Shown here: positions 56,631 through 64,000 of the stretch, piece after piece
Layout: each line of letters starts with the position of its first letter
How positions within the stretch are numbered: position 1 is the stretch's first letter
Virus record (IMG/VR): IMGVR_UViG_3300042562_002450
Coordinates: 32,001-96,000 of that record
Length of the DNA stretch: 64,000 nucleotides
Direction: 5' to 3' (one strand)
Origin: a virus
Translations under genes and position numbers: made by a program
The notes under the pieces: model-generated
Seen by the model: only the letters and a program-made list of their open reading frames with translations
The model's database searches: none
Told to the model about the DNA's origin: nothing

Positions 56631-57365
56631 ATGGCAATAGTAAAAGATGAAGGTATCACAAGAGAAGATATCATCAATAAATTTAACTTGAGAGTAAGAG
56701 ACTGGGTAGCTTCAAATGTTACTCTACTTGGAAATAGAACTTATACAGCAAGTCATTCTGTATGGAATGGAACTCCAGGTTGGAAAAATGGTGGTGACAC
56801 TTCAGGTCCTGCGTACAGAGTGACTAGAACATTAAACTCGACAGCAGCAGCACTTGCTCTTAATTCAACAAATGCTGGTGGTGCAACAGACTCAATATTG
56901 AATACAGACCGTATACTTTCTGAAGTAATGCTTACTAGTGATTTTACTCCTGACGTAGGTGCAGCAAATAGCACTGGGCATGTAATTAAAATATTAAGAG
57001 ACATGATGGCTTCATACTCAAGAGTTCACCAGATTCGTATTCAGAATATAGGAAATCTTACATTCTCAATTTCTGGAGTAGCAGGAACTATGCTGTCTGA
57101 TACTGGAGTTGCAATTGGAACGACAACCAGACCAACAGCTATTGCTTTGATGAATACAGATATGGATTTATATATAAATACTAATAATTTAAAAGCTGGT
57201 GGCACTCTTGATGCAGATAAGTTCAACAACTTTCTTGAAACATGTAGATCTATATGGCTTAATCGCTGTGTAAACTCAGGAGTGCTAGAAACATTTAACT
57301 TTAGCTATTGCCACTCATCATGTCATTCAAATGTTACTTGTTATAACTCAAGAGGCCGAAGGTAA
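56631..57365 (+). CDS. Putative radical SAM substrate protein A (C-terminal CHSSCHS motif)
   Basis: 244 aa, Thr/Ala/Gly/Asn-rich; ends FSYCHSSCHSNVTCYNSRGRR. Confidence 0.75.
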   Translation: MAIVKDEGITREDIINKFNLRVRDWVASNVTLLGNRTYTASHSVWNGTPGWKNGGDTSGPAYRVTRTLNSTAAALALNSTNAGGATDSILNTDRILSEVMLTSDFTPDVGAANSTGHVIKILRDMMASYSRVHQIRIQNIGNLTFSISGVAGTMLSDTGVAIGTTTRPTAIALMNTDMDLYINTNNLKAGGTLDADKFNNFLETCRSIWLNRCVNSGVLETFNFSYCHSSCHSNVTCYNSRGRR

Positions 57366-57369
57366 AGTT

Positions 57370-57987
57370 ATGTCTATTATTTTAAATAATACAATTACTA
57401 GAGAAAATATTATTGCAAAATTTAATGAAAGAGTTAGAGACTGGGTAGTCTCTAATACTAACTTCTTAAATGCGACTCCAGTATGGAATCAAACTGTTGG
57501 TTACATAACAGCAAACAGCTCAGCTTTTGGTGGAGGTATTAACCGGATAACAGAAGTTTCGGCTACTCCAGTTTCTATTCAGGTCACAGATTTAATATCT
57601 AACATCGGTGCTGATAATTCAGCTGCAGGAAAAATCGTAAAAGTATTAAAAGATTTCTTAATCTTATATGCAAATAATCATAGAATAACATTAAACAATA
57701 CTGGGAATCTTGCTCCAGCAAATTATGTTGGAGTCGCAAGACTTAATGGAACGCCACTTGCAACACAAACTGCAATAGGAACTGATGTTGACGCTGCAGC
57801 AATTGCAAGTAATGTTTCTAATGGTCAACTTATAACTGCATTAAATCTTAATAGTTTTATTGAGTCATGTAGAACAATTTGGACTAATAGAGCATTCACT
57901 CCAAGCTTAGAAACATTTAATTATAGTTATTGTCATTCATCGTGCCACTCAAATGTTACTTGTTACAATTCAAGAGGTCGAAGGTAA
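57370..57987 (+). CDS. Putative radical SAM substrate protein B, paralog of A (start corrected to 57370)
   Basis: 205 aa; ITRENIIAKFNERVRDWV matches ITREDIINKFNLRVRDWV; ends YSYCHSSCHSNVTCYNSRGRR. Confidence 0.75.
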   Translation: MSIILNNTITRENIIAKFNERVRDWVVSNTNFLNATPVWNQTVGYITANSSAFGGGINRITEVSATPVSIQVTDLISNIGADNSAAGKIVKVLKDFLILYANNHRITLNNTGNLAPANYVGVARLNGTPLATQTAIGTDVDAAAIASNVSNGQLITALNLNSFIESCRTIWTNRAFTPSLETFNYSYCHSSCHSNVTCYNSRGRR

Positions 57988-57995
57988 GGTTATCT

Positions 57996-59132
57996 ATGGA
58001 GAAAACCTTAATAAACAAAGATGGCCCAAAGAGTATTAATGATTTCTTGAAGATCAAAGAGTCATATAAAACAAAAGACTCAATGCTTCTCTCTATATTT
58101 AAAGAGAAGACTCCACCTTATACTGAGATTGAAATTTCTTTCTTTGAACTATGCAATCTACATTGTCGTTTTTGCTGGCAAGATAATTATAATCCCACTG
58201 GAATTAATTCAATTAAAGAAAAAGCAGAAATTGTAATCGACTATCTAGATAAGCAAAAGGAAAGGCTACAGCCAAATATTCAAGTACACATGCTTGGTGG
58301 TGAGCTCTTTGAAGATAGCAATGATTACTATGATCAGTATTATTCTTTTATTAGTTCTATTTCTGAATATGTAAAAGCTAAAATGCCTGAAAAACATTTA
58401 CGCTTTGTCTTTTTAACTAATATGAATTTTCAAAAAGATGAGACCAAAATGAAGCTGGAGCATTTCCTCTTAAAGCTTCAACTTAAAGAAATTAAGTTTA
58501 TTCTAACTACATCTTGGGATCCAACAGGTCGCCCACTCAAAGGTGATATTGAGACTCAGTTCCATAAGAACATTACTTACTTTAAGGAGTATCTAAGTGA
58601 GGTAACTTTCGTATTAACGAAATCAACAATAAACCGACTTTTACAAGATAAAAATGATTACCTTGATCTATTAGTAAATCAAGGCTTTAACATCGATTAT
58701 GATTACTATATGCCCACAACCTGGGTTGATCAAATGATGCCTAGTGATAGAGATCTGCTTAATGCCTTTAGGTATCTAATTTATAAATATCCAAATATCC
58801 GTAAGTTAAAAGCATGGACAAGCAAGGAACCTGGAGAAGGAACTATCAGTTGTGCTAGCCTTAATAAGATAACAATACTACCAGATGGTACTATTACTAA
58901 CTGTAGACATCTTAAATATGATCAAAAAGATTTTGAAAGCAAGGTGCAAAATGAATCAAATAGTGATATGATTCTAACCTATCTATCAAAGCGCGAGTGT
59001 TTAAACTGCCCTTACTTTAAGGAGTGTCCTCTAAGTTGTTTCCTTATGGCTGATCATAAGAAATTTAATGGAAACTTAGAGCTTTCTGAGTGTCTTTATA
59101 GTATCCTTTTTAAGGAAAAATATAAGAGGTAA
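57996..59132 (+). CDS. Radical SAM/SPASM protein 4 (start corrected to 57996)
   Basis: CNLHCRFC, LGGE, LTNM; CASL..ILPDG..TNC, CLNCPYFKECPLSC..C. Confidence 0.92.
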   Translation: MEKTLINKDGPKSINDFLKIKESYKTKDSMLLSIFKEKTPPYTEIEISFFELCNLHCRFCWQDNYNPTGINSIKEKAEIVIDYLDKQKERLQPNIQVHMLGGELFEDSNDYYDQYYSFISSISEYVKAKMPEKHLRFVFLTNMNFQKDETKMKLEHFLLKLQLKEIKFILTTSWDPTGRPLKGDIETQFHKNITYFKEYLSEVTFVLTKSTINRLLQDKNDYLDLLVNQGFNIDYDYYMPTTWVDQMMPSDRDLLNAFRYLIYKYPNIRKLKAWTSKEPGEGTISCASLNKITILPDGTITNCRHLKYDQKDFESKVQNESNSDMILTYLSKRECLNCPYFKECPLSCFLMADHKKFNGNLELSECLYSILFKEKYKR

Positions 59133-59134
59133 AT

Positions 59135-59866
59135 ATGAATACTAAAACTTTAATTAAAACATTGCCTTTATCAACTGATGATTTGATTTCTCTTTTTGAT
59201 AATCCAGGCCAGATCTTAGATATTGATTATTCTAAATCATCTTTAAAGGATGATGCATTTTTTGCATATGTTTCTAATGTTAAGATTCAATGTCGTCTTC
59301 ATGGTTATGAGGATCTCTCCTATAATGAAAAAGAAAGATTATTAAATTCATTTATTAATTCAAAATATACAATGGAAATTGAAAATCTAAAAGAAACTAT
59401 TGTTGGTATTCTACTTAATGCAGATCCTAAAAGTATTTCTTTTTTCAAAGAAGATGAAATTGAAAAATACAAAGTAGAAAATAGAGATAGATTAAATCAG
59501 CTAGTTCAATTTTTTAATTCAATGCTAATAATGATTCCATCTATATCTAGTGATTTTAAGAAACTCTTTATAGACACAGGGATAGAGGATGGCTCAATAG
59601 CAGAGATTGATGGAACTGATTTTATAACTCCAAATATTTATAACTTAACTTTTTATCCAGGTTTTATTGATCTCTTTATTGGCAATCAAGAAGAAGAACA
59701 TTCTTTAGTCTTTTACAAAGGTGTTATCGATAGCTACCAATATAAAAATAAAAGCTTTTTCTCTCTTCTTACTGATAATGAAACAGCACCAAATCTAATT
59801 ACAATTTTTAATTATTTCTTTATTGAAAATGAAGAAAGTGAAAAAGAACTAAAAGAAGCCATCTAA
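59135..59866 (+). CDS. Hypothetical protein in radical SAM cluster
   Basis: 243 aa, GAGG RBS. Confidence 0.75.
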   Translation: MNTKTLIKTLPLSTDDLISLFDNPGQILDIDYSKSSLKDDAFFAYVSNVKIQCRLHGYEDLSYNEKERLLNSFINSKYTMEIENLKETIVGILLNADPKSISFFKEDEIEKYKVENRDRLNQLVQFFNSMLIMIPSISSDFKKLFIDTGIEDGSIAEIDGTDFITPNIYNLTFYPGFIDLFIGNQEEEHSLVFYKGVIDSYQYKNKSFFSLLTDNETAPNLITIFNYFFIENEESEKELKEAI

Positions 59867-59880
59867 CAAAGGTAAAAAAT

Positions 59881-61011
59881 ATGATCCACTTCCTAGGTAA
59901 AGTATTCCTTGAATATACTGAAACCAAACCACAACTTGACCATATGACTGTAAAGCCATCTCAATATATAAGAATTGTAGATAGAGGGCTTGCTAACATT
60001 ATGGATAGTTACTCAATCAATAAGCACATTGCAAACTTTAAAGATGTAGAAGAATGTCTTGAGAAATTCGTAACATTTGATAATTTTATTTCTTTCCTTA
60101 ATGAGAAAGAAAAAGAAGAAAGAGTTATTATTTACTGTGATGAAGTCTCTATGCCAAAACTTCTTTGTAGTCTTTGGAAGAGTATCTTCCCTGGCATAAC
60201 TAAAGAAATTGCATATAGTTTTTATGTCTCATATAAAGACAATGAATACTTCAGAAGAGATGACAGAAATGAGTATATTGAGATAGATATTAATAGTGCT
60301 AAAATAGAAAAGACAGCATTCCTTACTCGTTACTGGGACTTAGATAGAGAACTTTTTTATTCTTATTTTGATAATGCAGAATCTTTTAGTCTTGAGAATA
60401 AAGAAACAGCAATTGGCCTTGAGTTTGCCTTCACCAAGTTATTGCTAGACAATGAAAGATTTAAGCCTGTTTTTTCTGAGAAGTTAGAATATCTATATAA
60501 AAAGAATATCTCTAAAGAAATCATTTTCATGATCTCAACTATAAGAGAACATTGTCTTATTCTTCTAAGAAAAAAAGGAATAATGAATGAGATCATGCTT
60601 AATGACACATCGGTAATCGACTATCTTAAAGGACAGGAAAGATATAATATTCTTTTTGATGGGAACGTTAAGCATGCACCAGAGACCTATGATTATCTTA
60701 GATCTAAAGGAAACATTTTAAAACTTATTTCAGATCTTACATTTGACTGTTCAGTTATCCACAAAGAGATAAATCCAAGTTTTGTTTCTTTTGAAGAATT
60801 TAAACAAGAAAATCCAATTTGTTCATATATTCTTGAACAAAAGAAAGAACCTATTCTTGAAGACTTAATGGATGCTAATATTCTTAAGTTCTCTAATTAT
60901 CATTTCATTAGAAGTTATGTACAAACTGGTATTTTTAATTACTTTCTTCTTCAGTCTATTTGCATTACAAATGAAGCCAACCCTTCAGCACTAGATGCTC
61001 TTAAAGTCTAA
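59881..61011 (+). CDS. Hypothetical protein in radical SAM cluster
   Basis: 376 aa, AAGG RBS. Confidence 0.75.
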   Translation: MIHFLGKVFLEYTETKPQLDHMTVKPSQYIRIVDRGLANIMDSYSINKHIANFKDVEECLEKFVTFDNFISFLNEKEKEERVIIYCDEVSMPKLLCSLWKSIFPGITKEIAYSFYVSYKDNEYFRRDDRNEYIEIDINSAKIEKTAFLTRYWDLDRELFYSYFDNAESFSLENKETAIGLEFAFTKLLLDNERFKPVFSEKLEYLYKKNISKEIIFMISTIREHCLILLRKKGIMNEIMLNDTSVIDYLKGQERYNILFDGNVKHAPETYDYLRSKGNILKLISDLTFDCSVIHKEINPSFVSFEEFKQENPICSYILEQKKEPILEDLMDANILKFSNYHFIRSYVQTGIFNYFLLQSICITNEANPSALDALKV

Positions 61012-61468
61012 TCAGCTACTTAATAGAATCAATAAGGAAGGATTTGTATTTGCAGAATACGATCCTTCTTTAATACAATATCTTCAATCTCATGAAGATA
61101 GAATTCTTATTCTAAAAGAATGGATTAAAGAGATAATAGATATAGAAGGTGAAACTCTGTATGCAGACTGGGAAGCTCTAGATAAAGACCAATCCATCAA
61201 GCTCCATTATCATGTTATCCCTGGATCTTTTCAAGCAGTAACATGGGTTCCTGAAAATAACTTTGAAGGTAGAGAATTCCTATACGGCATAAAGGATGAA
61301 ATCTTAAAGGTAAAGCCCAGACTGGGTCTTATTTGTTTCTTTAAACCAAATGATGAAAACTATATACATGGAGTGGCTCCACTACTTAGCGACACTAAGG
61401 TCTATAGCTATGGCTTTACTAGTTCAGTTTTGGATATTTCTCAAACAGAAAATGATATTTACGTATGA
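60995..61468 (+). CDS. 2OG-Fe(II) oxygenase-like protein
   Basis: LHYH..., FEGREF, KVKP..GLICFF, distal IHGV. Confidence 0.6.
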   Translation: MLLKSNQLLNRINKEGFVFAEYDPSLIQYLQSHEDRILILKEWIKEIIDIEGETLYADWEALDKDQSIKLHYHVIPGSFQAVTWVPENNFEGREFLYGIKDEILKVKPRLGLICFFKPNDENYIHGVAPLLSDTKVYSYGFTSSVLDISQTENDIYV

Positions 61469-62298
61469 ACATAACTGCTAAGCAGGATAACTTCTTGATC
61501 GGCTTTTAGCTTCTCGACTTTATGAACAAATCTTGGATTATAAGTATTTAAGAATAAGACCATTCCATCTTTAATTTCAATTTTAGTTTCTTTAATTATA
61601 TTTCCACTTCTGCAAATACCTTTCTGGTCTAACTCTATTGTTAAGAGATCTCTTTCTCCAATAACTAGTTCTCTTCCTTCTATCTTTTTAGAGTTAGAGA
61701 AGTAATTGAATATCATATAATAGACCCCAGGTGTGTAATCCATATGGAAACTATACGGTCCTCTTGTGTCTAATTCATTTTCTTTATATCTGTACTTCAG
61801 AGCATCTGTAGATATTATTCTCCTATCTAATCTTAATGGTCCAGAATACTTAGGGACATTAAGAACTATATAGTTTAACTCTTCAGCATTTGAATTCAAT
61901 ATACTTAATGGTAGGTTGTCATCTTTAAAAAAGACAATGCTGTTTATCTTTTCTCTTACCTTTTCATGCACATCATAGTGAGCTACAAAGTAGCCATCAT
62001 GTTGCATGTCGCGCCAAAAGTAATCAAAACTATTTTTCTTATTACCAATGAAAGAGATTGGGATAAAGCTTCCAGCTTTATACTCTGATGAGCTATCTTT
62101 ACTATAGATTTCGTCTATATAGTATCCATCCTCTGTGACCTTAATGAATTCAAATTCAAGATTAGGTAGGAATACCATCTCTCCATAAAGATCCGTAAAA
62201 TAGGAATAAAGCCATGACTTTTTAAATTCATCAGGAGTTCCAAACCAGCCCTTACCTTTAGTAAAGAAATTAATAGTTTCTGGTGTCATTAGTCCCAC
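61459..62298 (-). CDS. 2OG-Fe(II) oxygenase-like protein
   Basis: FHMD, IEGREL, NTYNPRFVHKV. Confidence 0.65.
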   Translation of the reverse strand: MGLMTPETINFFTKGKGWFGTPDEFKKSWLYSYFTDLYGEMVFLPNLEFEFIKVTEDGYYIDEIYSKDSSSEYKAGSFIPISFIGNKKNSFDYFWRDMQHDGYFVAHYDVHEKVREKINSIVFFKDDNLPLSILNSNAEELNYIVLNVPKYSGPLRLDRRIISTDALKYRYKENELDTRGPYSFHMDYTPGVYYMIFNYFSNSKKIEGRELVIGERDLLTIELDQKGICRSGNIIKETKIEIKDGMVLFLNTYNPRFVHKVEKLKADQEVILLSSYVHT

Positions 62299-62827
62299 TT
62301 TTTATAAAAAAGTTAACTCTGTATGTATATCTATCTACTGGTGTTGGTAGTACTGCATGTGGATGTGTATAGAAGGTTGGCATAATAATCATTCTTCCGG
62401 CTCTTGGCTTTATAACTAAAGATTGTTTTGGAAAGACAATTTCTCCTCCTTCAATATCTTGGAGGTAAAGCAAGACTATAAAATTTCTCCTTAGTCCACC
62501 TTCAGAGATCTCATTATCGTAATGCATAGTCAAACCAGTGCCAGTCTTTAGTTTTAATAGCATACTATTTTCCAAATAATACTCAGCTTGAACCGTACCT
62601 ATTGATTGGAGATATTTGTCTACTTCCTTCTGGGCTAGTTCTCTAACATTAGAGTCAAAAGCTTTTAAGCTTTGAATCTTATCTAGGTTCATGAACTCAT
62701 GCTGCTCTCCATCGAAATTGATCTCTTTTGTTTTTCTTTGAAGATTTTCTTTCTCTAATGAAAAAATAAACTCTTCACAGGATTCTTTAGATATTAAATT
62801 ATCAATTTGGCGTATGAAGGTTTCCAT
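62270..62827 (-). CDS. 2OG-Fe(II) oxygenase (prolyl-hydroxylase-like)
   Basis: MHYD, LLYL..EGGEIVF, P.AGRMII.P, HAVLP, RY. Confidence 0.85.
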   Translation of the reverse strand: METFIRQIDNLISKESCEEFIFSLEKENLQRKTKEINFDGEQHEFMNLDKIQSLKAFDSNVRELAQKEVDKYLQSIGTVQAEYYLENSMLLKLKTGTGLTMHYDNEISEGGLRRNFIVLLYLQDIEGGEIVFPKQSLVIKPRAGRMIIMPTFYTHPHAVLPTPVDRYTYRVNFFIKSGTNDTRNY

Positions 62828-63750
62828 TATCTTTTTAACTTTATTTGATCAACAATAGAATGCATACTTAAGTGAGAAGGAATACTGTACATCTTTCCAG
62901 GCCCATGGAACTCTGAAACCTCATGATAAAAACGCGGATTAAAAACATTAACAAGAACACTGATGTTGGTATCTGCCCATATCTTATTCTCTTCTTTTCT
63001 ATCTGCAACTATATTATTTGTAGCTTCCCAGTCTTCGGTTATTATTGAATGAAACATATAATCATACCAGTCATAACTTCCAGTACATAAATAACGAGAA
63101 CCAGAGTTTTCTGTATTATAACTAACCATATTTACAAACATACGAAAATCAACATCATTATGAGGTAATATACTTCGTCCCTTGTTCCACTCTAAAGCGA
63201 TACAATCAAAGGCATCCATTGAAGACAATATTGGAGAAAAGCTAACTACTCGCTTCAGTTCTTTTTCTACATTCTTGTAAACATCTCGACATGTACTATT
63301 TTGGAAGTTTGGTTTTCCCCAAGCATTAGAATTGAATTTTAAAGTTTTAGATGGCTCTGTAGCTCTTTCACAACCAAGATCACTAAATGGTAGTCTTGGA
63401 AGTTTGTATAGTGTATTTTCAATATATGCTCTTGTATTGTTAGCTATAGCATATCCATGAGTAGATAATGCTGAGCCTATATTGCTAAATTCAATATCTC
63501 CCTTATTAAAGTTAATACCTTCAAAAGTAATATACTGATCTGAAGGATCTCCATACTCTTTGAATACATTCTCAAGTAAACGTACAAAACCTTGCTTTTT
63601 TACAATCTTAATAAAACCAGAGCTAGAGACTACAAGTTTTTTCTTATAAAGCATTTCAAAATATTTACAAAGATCAGACTCGAAGAATTCTTCAATGTTT
63701 CTAATATCAACAATATTGTAATCAAAGAAGTCTTTGGCAATCTTAAGCAT
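62827..63750 (-). CDS. 2OG-Fe(II) oxygenase-like protein
   Basis: PHND, NVFNPRFYHEV. Confidence 0.65.
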   Translation of the reverse strand: MLKIAKDFFDYNIVDIRNIEEFFESDLCKYFEMLYKKKLVVSSSGFIKIVKKQGFVRLLENVFKEYGDPSDQYITFEGINFNKGDIEFSNIGSALSTHGYAIANNTRAYIENTLYKLPRLPFSDLGCERATEPSKTLKFNSNAWGKPNFQNSTCRDVYKNVEKELKRVVSFSPILSSMDAFDCIALEWNKGRSILPHNDVDFRMFVNMVSYNTENSGSRYLCTGSYDWYDYMFHSIITEDWEATNNIVADRKEENKIWADTNISVLVNVFNPRFYHEVSEFHGPGKMYSIPSHLSMHSIVDQIKLKR

Positions 63751-64000
63751 GTAGCTTCTTTTCTTTTAGATTAATGCTATCTCTCCATTCCCTTGAGTTG
63801 ATGCCAATGCCACCTATGATTACATATAACTCTGAGTCAGAAGTTAGTTCTGTTACTCCATGGTATGTATTCTCAGCAAAAGCATTAATAAAACAGAGGA
63901 GACCAGGTATGGGCCGAACCTTTAAATTGTAATCAGGACTGACAATATGAAGGTCTCGCCCAACAAAGGTATTGTCTTTAGGTATGTAAAGAAGAACCTC
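63743..64000 (-). CDS. Partial 2OG-Fe(II) oxygenase-like protein (5' end outside window)
   Basis: Hand translation EVLLYIPKDNTFVGRDLHIV...KVRPIPGLLCFINAF..TYHGVTEL...KLHA*; resembles the 60995 ORF. Confidence 0.6.
   Translation of the reverse strand, partial: EVLLYIPKDNTFVGRDLHIVSPDYNLKVRPIPGLLCFINAFAENTYHGVTELTSDSELYVIIGGIGINSREWRDSINLKEKKLHA

Noticed and set aside
57331-57995. Track starts 57331 and 57930 for substrate B and radical SAM 4
   Set aside because: Both extensions are the alternative frame of the duplicated CYNSRGRR-coding DNA; paralog alignment and RBS favour ATG 57370 and 57996.

Overview
AT-rich, gene-dense 64 kb segment, most likely from a large (jumbo-type) tailed phage. 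This is inferred from gene content; no capsid or terminase gene lies in the window. Standard genetic code. Left part (1-26 kb): recombination, replication and nucleotide module with RecA, a spore-photoproduct-lyase-like radical SAM enzyme, DnaE split into two genes around an ATP-dependent ligase, RusA, a Cas4-like nuclease, a primase-helicase fusion, NrdB/NrdA and ThyA. Middle (26-38 kb): accessory region with four of the five tRNAs (the fifth follows recA), secreted proteases, dimeric dUTPase, AdoMetDC, a lysozyme-like protein and PIN-PhoH. 38-50 kb: long tail-fibre/collagen/beta-helix proteins, followed by an actin-fold ATPase. The strongest candidate for an undescribed system is 52.6-64 kb. 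It holds four radical SAM/SPASM enzymes and at least six Fe(II)/2OG-type oxygenases, flanking two paralogous ~200-240 aa proteins that end in a near-invariant peptide, SYCHSSCHSNVTCYNSRGRR. This looks like RiPP-type post-translational modification machinery acting on full-length, possibly virion, proteins. Several candidate structured non-coding RNAs are also visible, notably ~5500-6023 and a small RNA with an anti-Shine-Dalgarno loop at ~24670-24757. All family calls come from motif recognition by eye, not database searches.
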